Assembly: GCA_031264295.1 (NCBI GenBank) | Contig: JAISED010000022.1 | Span: forward strand, 833 to 64,832 | DNA length: 64,000 bases | Source: Eubacteriales Family XIII. Incertae Sedis bacterium | GTDB lineage: Bacteria > Bacillota > Clostridia > Peptostreptococcales > Anaerovoracaceae | Direction of reading: 5' to 3' | In this document: in pieces, positions 30,001 to 39,100 of the stretch | Numbering within the stretch: the stretch's first letter is position 1 | How the letters are laid out: each line of letters opens with the position of its first letter | Translations under genes and position numbers: made by a program | The notes under the pieces: generated by a model | The model's database searches: none | Told to the model about the DNA's origin: nothing | The model's input: only the letters and a program-made list of their open reading frames with translations

Positions 30001-33000
30001 CTGGTTCCCGCTTCATTCCATTTATCCAGAAAAACGTTGTAGTTTTTAAGATTGATCTGCCCGAACACGCCGAATTTGACGGCCAATACACTGTAGTCGA
30101 AGCCGATGCCTACAAAAGCCTTGATATAGGCGTTGATCCGCATGGTCACGAGGTAATTCTCCTTATAATTCTTGTGCTCTCCATCTCCGTGCGCCGTCAG
30201 GAGGATTTTTGTATCCAACTCTAGACCGCCGCCTATGGAAACAGACGCGACCACGGGAATCGGTCCCACCATAGTATTGGTGTTCCAGGTGTAGCCCGCC
30301 GCGAAGCCGACTGTAAAGCCGCCGCTTCGCGTGCGCATACTCCACGACCCCTTCTCGTAGACGATAATGCCTTCGTAGAAGCCGCTAAGCTTAGCGCCGT
30401 AACTCGCTTCCTTACCCTTGCCGCTCTTGATGGCGTCCTTGAAGCTGTCTTTGATGGAATCCGCGTAAGTGCCCTTCAGCATCTTGTACGCATCCATAGG
30501 TCCGGGCAGATAGCCGAATTTATCTGAGCTGTTGTCTATCATTATATTGTTCTTGCCGCCCTCGCCGTTTCCGCCGGAATCCCCGATCATGTCGGCGTTG
30601 AGCTGTACGAAGAACTGCCATTCGAGCGGATTATTTGTAGGCTTAAGCGTCATGGTCAGGAAGTCGTTCGAAAAATCTGTTTCAAAAATCTCAAACAGAT
30701 TGGCAAGGCCGGGCTGAGCCATGTCCCCGCCCTGTTTATAATTCTGACCGCTCGTATCCGTCCCATACCTCCCGTCGAGCATATTATCAAGCTGACTTTG
30801 AAGTTCATGGTCTTTCGTGATATCCGGCAGGCCGACGCCGTTTGTAAGGCTGAAAGCGGCATCCTGCAGAAGAACGAGCGCATTGTCCTTTTGCAGCCGT
30901 ATTCTCGGACGAAGCTTATCCCCGCCCTGCGAGACCATTATGTTATCCTCGTTTATGACCGTGAGGTTTTCGGATACAGCGAAATCGCTGAAGGGGTAGC
31001 GGGTGACGGCAGACACCCGCTGGCCGCCGAACATCCTGCCGTACTGATCCTCCAGATATATGCTGTAGTCGGCGCTCGCCGCTTCGGCGTCCCCCCACCA
31101 CAGAACTGTCGTGTTTAGCTCAAGCGCCGGCGCTTCATCGTTTATGCCTATGGCGTCATTATAGTGGTGCACCTGTGCCCACACAGGGCTTATGTCCGGA
31201 TGACGCGCCGTGATCGCCGATACGAAGGGCTTGTTTTCCTTACCTGCGGGAACCTTCGCCGCCACCATGGCGTTTGCGGCGAACACCACAGCGTCCTCTG
31301 CGCTGACGGAACCGTCGACTTTGATGTACAGGGGATAATATCCGGCGCCGACCTCCGCGATAAACACATAATCAAGCTGGTCGCCGGGCGTCAGCGTCTC
31401 GCCGGGCGTTTCCGCGTAAAACGTCGTGGCGTCCATGATTATGACCAGTTCTCCGCTGCTCCCTACCGTATAGCTTTGACTCTTGATCTCCGTGGCCTGA
31501 CAGTATTTTCCATTTTTATATACGCCGCCGCTGACAGAAAGCTGTCCTGAAAACGGCGTCCCGTCTTCCTTCAATATATACAGCTCCACCTTAGCCGCCG
31601 GGCGCAGCTTGAAGATATTCACCGGATACAGCTCAAGCTTTGAGGGATCCCTTTCCGAACTCAAAAGAGTGCTCTTGTATATGGTTCCGAGCAACGGTTC
31701 CGCTGCGGTTCCCGCGCGAGCCTCAATATCGCTTATGATGCCGTGTTCCTCGTAAACGGCGATCTCGCCGTTCGCGTTCGTCGTGACCGTTTGCTGCTGA
31801 TTCTTACCGTTTGTATATTTCAGCGTGGTCTCCTGACGCGGGAAAATATTGAATATGTACAGCTTGTCCCTCAGCGTCGTCACCGACACGTCAATCTCGG
31901 TGCTTTCGCCGGTTTTCGCATGGGTCGCGGTGATCTTCGTTTCGCCGTCGCTGTGCCCTACGAGCATGAATTCTGTGGATGGCCGATAGGAGGCGTAATC
32001 GTAATCTTTGATGTTGCTGTAGAAACCGCCCTGCTGATAATTGAGGCTCGCCGCCGAATCCTTGTCGCCTGCCCATTTGATCTGGTCGTCCACATTGCTC
32101 CATGTATAGCCCCCCGTGTTGATGGTCAGCGAGCTTTGCAGGTTCGCCTTCTCCCTGAGTCCGGCGATGTCGTCCGTCGTCGTTTGCGCGATATAGGGAT
32201 TCAAGTTGTTGTTCAGCGTAAGCTCCGCGTCCGACCCTATGGCGGCGCCGTCCGCAGAAATTTCCATGACGCCGTCCTTGTATACGTACAGGATAAACGA
32301 ATCGCTCGATGGGGCATCTCCCGCGTTGTTCGCCTCTATGGACACGATGTAGATATCCCTCAGGCCGGCGCCTACTTTGTCAATGTCGAAGCTGAAATCT
32401 TTAGTTAGCTGCTTGTATGATTCTTCGGCATCGCTTGTGAACAAAGCGCCGTTCTTCATAACCTTATAGCTGTAACGTAAGCCGTTCGTTATGTCCGCGT
32501 TGCGGAAATCCGCGGTAAACTTCGCGCTTGTGCTTCTATCCGTGATAAAGTAGCTTTCCAGTTCGCTGAAGCGCACGACGACAGGCAGCGCCCCCGTAAC
32601 AACGCCGGCGCTGCTCTCTATCCTTTGGCCGGGGATATCCGGATTATCGCAGCCGACCGTAATCGTATACGCCGGTGCGGCGCCGCTTGAAATCGTCGTC
32701 AATATATGAGCCGGAATCACATATGAGGTCTGATTGGTCACGCTCCCCGTATAAACCGTCTCGTTGCTCAGATTCTTCAGTGTAACCGCAAACACTGCGT
32801 CTTGGCCTTTTTTCGTCATCTTATTGACGATGTTTGTCGTCCACGCGACGGTAGTGTCCGTATTCACGCTTGTGGTTATATCTCCGGGGAGATCTACAAA
32901 GGGTTCACCGCTGTCGATAACCGTAAATTCAGTCGTATCAGCTGTAATAAGCCCGGTTGCACCCATTACGGAAGCGGTAAATCTCACCGTGCCCTCCGTT

Positions 33001-35606
33001 TGTGCACTGATCACGCCCGTGACGGGGTCTATCGCGGCGACCGCAGGATCCGAGCTGCTCCATCTGATTTCAGGCGCCGGCACGAAGGACATTGCGTTCG
33101 CCGGCACTATATCTACCTTCATCGTGGGGAGATTCTTGAAATAGATGATGTTCTGCGCAGGATAGCAGCTCGTATCTATAACGAGCCCTGTCGGATACTG
33201 TGCGGCATTCACCGTGAAATTCTTGTATTTGCCGATCAGAATTTCGTACTCGCCTGTGACGTCGTCCCATAGGAATATTTCCGCTCGGTATATCTTGGTC
33301 GACGTCGTGTCGTTCTTAGGCATCGGAATAGCAGCGCTTATCAAACGATTATTGAGGGCAGCGCCATTCTCGCGCTTAAAATCCACAGGCAGCAGCGTTG
33401 CTCCGCCGTCGACGGATAGCTTGACTTTATCAAGCCCTCCTGCCTGTTCTATCCACTGGGAATAGGCTGTATTCAGCCCTATTTCCACATATGCGTTGTC
33501 CCCGGCAGCAGAATAACTTGTTTTGTCCGTTGTTACTGATGAAATCGCCGCTTCCTTGCCGGCCTGGATTATTTTGGCGTTTGTAAAGTCTTGGCTATAC
33601 GCCGTCGCCAGCTGGTTTAGCCTGGTATCGAACACTCTCATCGCCCTAATATACATATACGCCGTCTCGTCCGAACTCCCCCGCACCGTGTATAAAAAGG
33701 CCAATCTGCGGGCGGCGCCGCCGGACGCGTTTACCACTATATTACTTTCATCTCCGTTCGCTACGACAAACGAGTTGCTCGTCACGAGTCCTCCTGCATT
33801 CCAGTTGTATTCTGTGTGGTTTGGCAATACCGGCTCCGAATAGCTTACGGTTATCGGAACCTGCTGACCCGGATAATATACGCCGTCAGGTACGGACACG
33901 CCGGTCACTGTAGGCGCCTGCCCGTCGACAAAGGTAAAGCCGTTTAGATTTATATCAACAACTCCTGTTGCGGCATCAAACTGCAGCGTATGCGTAACGG
34001 TCAGTGAGGCCGTCGCCGCAATCTTACGGATATTTTCGGAAGTGAGACCCATGCCCTGATCCATCTTGTCCTCCCGAGTGGTATCTCTCACAGTAGCAAC
34101 AGTCTCCCCTTCCGCGGTTTTGACGCTTACGTTTGCTTCTTTTATCACTACGGACGCAGAAAGAGACGAGTTCACCGCAGTGACCTGTCCGTCCAGGAGG
34201 GCATTTTTTATCCCTTCCGTAACATTTACTTTGTATTCCACTTTAATGGTCTGGCCGCCATTCACCGAAATCCCGCTATTACCACCTCCCGGCGTCAGAG
34301 TACCTTTATTAGTACTGCCTTCATACACTGTCGCCGTGTCAAAAGATGAGTTATAGGCCGGCATATAGTTAGTGAAATCATATGTATTCTTTATCTGGAT
34401 TTCCGCAGTCTCATATCTCTTCATATTGTTGAACAATATATTTCTCGCGTCGTTGAAATATACCATGAATATAAGATCGCCGTTCCACCGTTCGGTGCTG
34501 TTCAGAATCGGAATGCTGATCGTCTTTGAGGTCTCGTTCGCGGCAAACGTGATCGTTTCCGCCTTATGGGTGTAATGCGTGTTGGCCAGCGCGCTTCCGT
34601 CCGCCGTCGCGTAAGAGAAGCTCGTCGCGTAGGGAAGCGCCGGACGCGTGACCGTGATCGTTGCGTTTCCGGCGCCATTGTTTACAGTGACGCTGTTTTG
34701 CACAATCGTAAGCCGCGCGCTTTGATCATAGGCGACACTTGCGCCGTCCCCCGCAGACAGGGGCGTGATTTCGGCGGTCTGCACTGACAGCGGCGTGATC
34801 TCGGCGGCTTGCGCGGACGCCGCCGCATCGTCCATTTCGCCGTACTCGGGGCTGAGGTTCGCAGACAGAGCTGTGATTTCGGCGGTCTGCACTGACAGCG
34901 GCGTGATTTCGGCGGCTTGCGCTGACATCGGCGTGATCTCTTGGGTCTGCACTGACGCCGCCACATCGTCTGAATCGCTGTCCTCAAGGCGCAGACCTGT
35001 CGTCTGCAACTGCTGCAGGATGGACTCGTATCCGAGCCTCTGTTCCTCGGATAAATCTGACGGATCCATATAACTATCGGCGATTTTCTGTATCTCGTCC
35101 TCAATTTCAACCATGGTCTTCAGATTGCCTACGGTTATAATCGTGCCGTCGAGATCGATCTTCCTGTTGAAATCGATCCCCGGTTCCGCGAGCATCGCTC
35201 GGATATCGTCAAGGGTCATGGGTCTGCCGTCTATGTTGATGCTTGCTTCGGCGCTGTCTTCCCCGACCGGTAGTTCTCCGCCGACTTGCGCTCCGTTCAG
35301 CGCCGCGCCGCTTCTATGGCCGCCGCTCACGAAGTTCAGAGCCGCAAGCTTATTGACCGCCTCAACATCCTCAGGCGTAAGCAGCCCCGAATCCACAAGC
35401 GCGTCAAGCTTTTCCTCCGGCGTCTTCGCGGGATCTCCTGCTATCTCGCTGATCCTCGCCAACTCAGTTTCAGTGAGAACTCCGCCTCCTCTGCTATAAC
35501 TATAATCCGCCGAGAACGCGGGCGTGACAAGGCTCCACAGCATAGTGAAAGCCACCATAGAACTGATTAGTCTGGCGGATACTTTTTTCCATCTCCGTAT
35601 TAACAT
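24054..35606 (-). CDS. Giant (3,850-aa) SLH-anchored cell-surface mosaic protein. It comprises a signal peptide, short tandem repeats, Calx-beta-like, Big_2, cadherin-like, FN3/Ig-like and IPT-like modules, a beta-rich core, a propeller-like region, a G/T/D/S linker and three C-terminal SLH domains.
   Basis: It is a single uninterrupted ORF. The signal peptide is MLIRRWKKVSARLISSMVAFTMLWSLVTPAFSA. A Calx-beta-like block (SFSYATADGSALANTHYTHKAETITFAANETSKTISIPILN) is encoded at ~34.4-34.7 kb. Other blocks are Big_2 (WSSSDPAVAAIDPVTGVISAQTEGTVRFTA) and cadherin-like (DNTLSALAIDSVALDFDPQQREYEASA). The three SLH repeats are FEDVTEAAWYYGDVAYV.., FGDVAEGSYYRDAVSWAA.. and FADADNISAYADEAVKALY... Confidence 0.9.
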   Translation of the reverse strand: MLIRRWKKVSARLISSMVAFTMLWSLVTPAFSADYSYSRGGGVLTETELARISEIAGDPAKTPEEKLDALVDSGLLTPEDVEAVNKLAALNFVSGGHRSGAALNGAQVGGELPVGEDSAEASINIDGRPMTLDDIRAMLAEPGIDFNRKIDLDGTIITVGNLKTMVEIEDEIQKIADSYMDPSDLSEEQRLGYESILQQLQTTGLRLEDSDSDDVAASVQTQEITPMSAQAAEITPLSVQTAEITALSANLSPEYGEMDDAAASAQAAEITPLSVQTAEITPLSAGDGASVAYDQSARLTIVQNSVTVNNGAGNATITVTRPALPYATSFSYATADGSALANTHYTHKAETITFAANETSKTISIPILNSTERWNGDLIFMVYFNDARNILFNNMKRYETAEIQIKNTYDFTNYMPAYNSSFDTATVYEGSTNKGTLTPGGGNSGISVNGGQTIKVEYKVNVTEGIKNALLDGQVTAVNSSLSASVVIKEANVSVKTAEGETVATVRDTTREDKMDQGMGLTSENIRKIAATASLTVTHTLQFDAATGVVDINLNGFTFVDGQAPTVTGVSVPDGVYYPGQQVPITVSYSEPVLPNHTEYNWNAGGLVTSNSFVVANGDESNIVVNASGGAARRLAFLYTVRGSSDETAYMYIRAMRVFDTRLNQLATAYSQDFTNAKIIQAGKEAAISSVTTDKTSYSAAGDNAYVEIGLNTAYSQWIEQAGGLDKVKLSVDGGATLLPVDFKRENGAALNNRLISAAIPMPKNDTTSTKIYRAEIFLWDDVTGEYEILIGKYKNFTVNAAQYPTGLVIDTSCYPAQNIIYFKNLPTMKVDIVPANAMSFVPAPEIRWSSSDPAVAAIDPVTGVISAQTEGTVRFTASVMGATGLITADTTEFTVIDSGEPFVDLPGDITTSVNTDTTVAWTTNIVNKMTKKGQDAVFAVTLKNLSNETVYTGSVTNQTSYVIPAHILTTISSGAAPAYTITVGCDNPDIPGQRIESSAGVVTGALPVVVRFSELESYFITDRSTSAKFTADFRNADITNGLRYSYKVMKNGALFTSDAEESYKQLTKDFSFDIDKVGAGLRDIYIVSIEANNAGDAPSSDSFILYVYKDGVMEISADGAAIGSDAELTLNNNLNPYIAQTTTDDIAGLREKANLQSSLTINTGGYTWSNVDDQIKWAGDKDSAASLNYQQGGFYSNIKDYDYASYRPSTEFMLVGHSDGETKITATHAKTGESTEIDVSVTTLRDKLYIFNIFPRQETTLKYTNGKNQQQTVTTNANGEIAVYEEHGIISDIEARAGTAAEPLLGTIYKSTLLSSERDPSKLELYPVNIFKLRPAAKVELYILKEDGTPFSGQLSVSGGVYKNGKYCQATEIKSQSYTVGSSGELVIIMDATTFYAETPGETLTPGDQLDYVFIAEVGAGYYPLYIKVDGSVSAEDAVVFAANAMVAAKVPAGKENKPFVSAITARHPDISPVWAQVHHYNDAIGINDEAPALELNTTVLWWGDAEAASADYSIYLEDQYGRMFGGQRVSAVTRYPFSDFAVSENLTVINEDNIMVSQGGDKLRPRIRLQKDNALVLLQDAAFSLTNGVGLPDITKDHELQSQLDNMLDGRYGTDTSGQNYKQGGDMAQPGLANLFEIFETDFSNDFLTMTLKPTNNPLEWQFFVQLNADMIGDSGGNGEGGKNNIMIDNSSDKFGYLPGPMDAYKMLKGTYADSIKDSFKDAIKSGKGKEASYGAKLSGFYEGIIVYEKGSWSMRTRSGGFTVGFAAGYTWNTNTMVGPIPVVASVSIGGGLELDTKILLTAHGDGEHKNYKENYLVTMRINAYIKAFVGIGFDYSVLAVKFGVFGQINLKNYNVFLDKWNEAGTSVDNWTGQYTELGGQVGIEFYLKILFIKYRKILASHSFTAGKWETNRWKEIMAWREAANFPSNLDGLSDEEFAAMMAFASMSELETVSEGMFVEDRAYLDLAERVWGSGKPQGISPLSIDEPNKLENLQSNAYPYANPFVTDDGSMVVFLSDGDSTDLDNTRVEYSLMDGGSYGQPKAIDDSEFADSNLQFANKKDMAVAAWQRQNKTLAFETGQTATEDDLNAMMNAAEIYVSVYNKSNDTWKTERITDNGMADMAPVVAVNGDKAVVIWRRVAASSTDHIAAMNFDAKNDLMYRVYESGNWGPEQNLYNGTSGAVKGLSAAMDGDGNTTVAYTVDTAQYVGDTGTQSFAANTGQKLDVVYSLINNAGAVAAPAIFLTRDDYPDENPQVTTAKIDGEERFVTAWYTQRPLTDGADDADANAAVSDIQLRAINRDASLYGNFPDGINEINKNADVVISNQFRFGKNTDANSVNDLSIVWIAPEMDDKSDIPEGEEGQNMDRDSVYAVRFLQDKDGEPVYVSAPMPIVEADENTKVDHADVYLSGADGIKAVLQTTNYDIDNGTEQLELEDGRTIIVAEPISAMKTATGEFINDIGVGDPIFDYGEVKHNNSLPLQLTVTNKGKEAITEIAIATKDTAAGALEGSSRNFTGLHLTPNSSVTLTVYHPLADEDSLIENINIKVNARFDSGLIQAEVTAVTQVADAGISSIQTTREENKERDIQIKLYNQSDIELARLKASNSNYKVKIGFYTNNVNSEAADGVSLVDTGAGMTAVAGKTGVFEIDGDRLGLIDNGAFVGNFKYALPDDGFDEGSILLYANVWIEKDGETAAEAYAANNAGSVSFTDPVARNNGVPVQITSELSDDGGKTTADLTVKNLAWTPIHGEGSGGNLIAALIGEDGESIETQQSLTTEGRLIRLEGETSDTLTFRFKTAGATVKTNYVTLSDEDTDNTLSALAIDSVALDFDPQQREYEASAENLFSVNITAIASNPGATLTAKLKSSNDETVLTSKDGVLVGKLAMNLGENGQTIQDLLELTVTPVAEGASLGTYKVSLENTFANNGKIAIDAPYWINAGGSRDFVVSLYDFENTPSSYTTKVDSEDTSPHQKWLGGNSSVIRATIPKTEGAHTIQVKVFDDKGFSIETTHQLLLDETAPVISGDVIFEEIGEPLYKGASAAQALMGAAPSDTDGITDKQLKVHLTVTDSSSGIDKVTVNAGGMVYDAVYDAEYIEAHEGTANIYTATITYAFRGSLRLIAYDKAGNFSEISANVNVDDELPAGEVLTGDAIVTQTTAQLFGSITTRDEFMVEYGIEYRKQSEANWTKRTLDNTADKTDFFVELTNIDAGTEYLYRVFVQDVIGNLHYGGTKTFTAAKKGVPVVTGVSYSQPAVWNPGSVSVTLTGSMLELAEKIMVTAASGEEEPITAYAAYAGGVFTAALTGIVNTNDDSDKIYDLSVSVDGAEQVLHGVKPQIIVPRAFKSDVEVIAYYVEGQTALPEIDKAGKTIYVVMPYNTDLSVLKDKIEHVSQIKISQNAEVEITDRNVTDAVLTLIYRVTAENGDIADYTAEIVLQRKPVIDPSSFDSIASAYPGIHEIIITGENLENAQKMSILLRNTNNVEVSRALVQKRADGYFANIPTPENPDMDREMIFTVFYVIDDVETATSKTVTITVEKQPAPGGTDSGTDSGTDSGTDGDTDSGADGGTDSGTDSGAEGGTDSGADGGTDSGAEGGTSSGAEGGTSSGAGSGTGNGTGSGVGNSATGGSGGSAAGGLNDDAAIITQADGSTREISGNYTVFYDGSVKWNSPFEDVTEAAWYYGDVAYVFENKLFEGTTQTAFSPADFTTRAMLVTVLWRRAGSPKSAAAAFGDVAEGSYYRDAVSWAAESGLVNGVGGGLFDPGADISREQLAVLIYRYAAQLGVELRAVRPYVVFADADNISAYADEAVKALYCTDILSGRPGGVFDPKGRATRAEAAAVIHRFLELGE
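24057..24600 (-). other. Region encoding the triple SLH cell-wall anchoring module of the giant protein.
   Basis: Three consecutive ~58-66-aa repeats carry the SLH hallmarks F.D(V/A)....W/Y(Y)..AV and ..G....F.P....TR(A/E)(E/Q). Confidence 0.8.
24695..24990 (-). repeat. Coding low-complexity repeat (G-T-D-S-G / G-A-E-G-G linker) within the giant gene.
   Basis: It encodes PAPGGTDSGTDSGTDSGTDGDTDSGADGGTDSGTDSGAEGGTDSGADGGTDSGAEGGTSSGAEGGTSSGAGSGTGNGTGSG.. At the nucleotide level it consists of reiterated CCGCTGTCCGTGCCG-like units. Confidence 0.8.
34765..34960 (-). repeat. Near-perfect intragenic tandem duplication encoding AEITPLSVQT-type repeats near the N-terminus of the giant protein.
   Basis: A 50-bp block GTGATTTCGGCGGTCTGCACTGACAGCGGCGTGAT[CT]TCGGCGGCTTGCGC occurs at 34765-34814 and 34873-34922 (period 108 bp). 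A third, degenerate copy lies at ~34924-34960. Confidence 0.8.
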
Positions 35607-35784
35607 AACACATCTCCTTACACGTCACGCGTCCTGTCGCGCACGTTTTACCCGATTTGCCTCTTATCGATATACCAAAAGCTTAATTCCATATTCGCAA
35701 ACCAATTACGCATTTTAATTCGTACTGTATAAACAAGTTTGCTTTTAATATATTATACTTTAACCCGAAGTTTGTCAATAGAAT

Positions 35785-35833
35785 GAATTTTAATTTTCTT
35801 CATTTTTTGGCGAATTTTAATTTCTTTCATTTC
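35785..35833. repeat. Two AT-rich 22-bp direct repeats in the divergent control region between the giant gene and the hybrid kinase gene.
   Basis: GAATTTTAATTTTCTTCATTTT (35785-35806) and GAATTTTAATTTCTTTCATTTC (35812-35833) are spaced 27 bp apart. Confidence 0.5.
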
Positions 35834-36109
35834 TTATCAATCTTGCTCACCAAATCCAAGATAGCGGCAGATTTTTTAGAAGTCCTCTCAAGCCCTTTGA
35901 GCTGTAGCATACAGCTCAATTTTATCGTAAATTCGTTAAATAAATACTTTATTTTCTACAATTTTTGTGTTACAATCTATTTGTAAGGGGAATTCCCACA
36001 ATTTTTCATTTGTGTTTTGTGTTGAGGGCATGTTTTGCTGACACGCCTATTCCATTGGCCTATTGCTTAGTATATTGCATTAAGTAGGAATAGCACGGCT
36101 GCGTGTCCG

Positions 36110-39100
36110 TTGACGCGGAAAAGGGATAAAGGGGTAAAAGGTAAAGTGGGGAAAATTTCAAAATTGATTACAGGGCTGCCTGAACGTCTTTGGAATAGTC
36201 TCGGTTTTGGTATGCGCAGCAAGCTCATCGTCATATTTCTTCTTGTAAAGTTAGTTCCTTTGGTTCTGCTGACTTTGATCGCGTGGCAGCAGATCGACAA
36301 CCTGGGCGATCTTGTCGCGAAAATAGCCGTAAACGACGCGTCCGCCGCCCTTGATGAAAGCGCGGTGGAGAATATTGAGCGTCTGTCTACCGATACCGCT
36401 CGAAAAGTCGCGAGTTTTCTTTACTCCCGTGACGACGATATACGTTATATCGCGCAGATCGAACCGTCTGAATCCGCTTATCGTACATTTATAGAAAGTA
36501 AAATCGGGCGTGTTGTAGTGCCTGAGGAATGGGTTCTGTCGCTTGACGGCGACGCTTGGATCCATGCGGACGATCATACCGTTCCCTTGTCTGAGGGTGA
36601 AGGCATATCTACAAACAGCGAAAACAATGACATGAACGGTTTTAACTACCGCCAGGCCGACAGCTTCCACTATTCGAAGATTCCTCTCTACGATGAGATC
36701 ACCTTTGTAGACCTGGCCGGCAATGAGATAGTGAAGGTCGTCGCCGCGGATTCACCTAAGATCAACTATCCCATGAACCCGCGAAAAATGAACATATCTC
36801 AGAAGTCCAATACATACGTAAAGGCGGAAACGTATTTTCAAAAGCTCAAGGATCTGGCGCCCGGCGATATATATGTATCAGATGTTATAGGCGCCTATGT
36901 CGGCTCTAATTATATAGGTATGTACGCCCCCGCAACAGTCGAGGAGGCCGCAGCGTCCCGAGGCTATGACATCCCTTATAAACCCGGCGAGCAAGCATTC
37001 GCAGGCGAAGAAAACCCCGTAGGTAAGCGCTTTGAGGGAATTATTCGTTGGGCGGCGCCGGTTACGAACAGCCGCGGCGATATTATCGGATATGTTACCC
37101 TCGCCCTGAACCACGATCACATCATGGAATTCGTAGATCATATAACGCCCATGAATGAAAGATATACGGAGCTATCCAGCGCATACGAAGGCAATTACGC
37201 CTTCATCTGGGATTATAAATGCCGCAGCATCTGCCACCCCCGCCACCACTCTATAGTAGGCTTTGACCCCGAAACGGGCGAGCCTCAAACGCCCTGGCTT
37301 GAAACCTCTATTTATAACGGCTGGAAGGCAAGCGGCGTCGCCAAGTGGACTGATTTTGTGGCGGATCTGCCCTGGTTCGATTCTCAGTCAAGGGGCAAAG
37401 CGCCTTCTCAGGAACTCACCCGCGAGGGGCTTGTCGGACTGGACGGACGCTATCTGAATAACGCCCCCCAATGCACAGGCTGGATGGATCTCACAAAGAA
37501 CGGCGGTTCCGGTTCGTTTTACATACAGTGGAGCGGTCTTTATAAGCTGAATACCGCCGCCGCTATTCCATATTATACAGGGCAATACGCGCCCTCTGCA
37601 GAAAATGATTATTCAAAACGCGGCTTCGGCTTTGTGGCTATAGGCGCGGGTCTTGACGATTTCACCCAACCCGCCCGCGAAACGGAAGTCCGGCTGAGCA
37701 CCGCCATAGATAACAGCCTCACAGGAACCCTATACGCCCTCGTTACGACTACACTGATCATCATTCTGGTTGTTGTTTTGATCGCCATATGGATGGCCTC
37801 ATTCCTGACCGGAAACATCACGACTATGATAAACGGCATATCGCGCTTCCGCTCAGGCGAACGCCAATTCCGTTTTAAAACTACAAGAAAGGATGAGTTC
37901 GGCATGCTGGCGGATTCATTCGACGACATGGCGGACAGCATCGACAGCAGCGTACACGGACCGCTGTGCATAACTGATATGGACAACAACATCGTCTATG
38001 TAAACAAACACGGGCTTGCCCTATGCCGCCTATCCCTTGAAGATGCAGTCGGTATGCAGTACAGCACTATCAGCATCTATCCTGTCGGTTCAAAATACTG
38101 CCCCATCACCGCGCTCTTAGAGGGACATGAAGCCGAGGTATACTATCATGCAGAGCTGGGCAAATATTTCATAGGCGCGGCGAATTACCTGTATGGGAAG
38201 GACGATGAAAAGACAGGTTATATCATCGTCAGCACCGATATCACAGAAATACAGCACGCGAAGGAAAAGGCGGAACAGGCGAGCCGCGCCAAGAGTGATT
38301 TTCTATCTAATATGAGTCACGAAATGCGAACTCCCATGAACGCCATCATAGGCATGACGGCCATAGGCAGATCTGCCGCTGAGCTGGAGAAAAAGGATTA
38401 CTGCTTCGGCAAGATAAGCGACGCTTCGACACATCTGCTCGGTGTAATAAATGACATACTTGATATGTCAAAGATCGAAGCGAATAAGTTCGAACTCTCC
38501 CCTGTGGATTTTGTATTTGAAAATATGCTGCAGAAGGTGGCGGACGTGATCAATTTCCGCGTTGAAGAGAAGCGCCAGAAATTCACCGTATATATTGATA
38601 ATGACATCCCGCGGATTATCAACGGAGACGACCAGCGCTTATCGCAGGTTATCACTAACCTGCTGTCCAACGCCGTAAAATTTACTCCTGAAGAAGGCAG
38701 CATACACCTGAACGCCGCTCTTGTCGGAGAAGACGACGATTTTTGCACCATATGTATAGAGGTCAGAGACAGCGGCATAGGCATCAGTCCCGAACAGCAA
38801 TCCCGCCTCTTCTCATCATTCGAACAGGCGGAGAACAGCACATCTAGGAAATTCGGCGGCACCGGGCTGGGCTTGGTCATATCGAAACGCATAGTGGAAA
38901 AAATGAGTGGAAATGTCTGGATCGAATCTGAACTAGGCAAGGGGTCGACTTTCGCCTTCACTATAAAGGCGGCGCGCATCACAGAGGCTCGCCGCGGCAG
39001 TCTCAATCCGGGGGTTAACTGGAACAATATACGTGTGCTTGCCGTGGACGACGCCCCCGAGACGCGGAGCTATTTCACCGATGTGGCGGCGCGTTTCGGA

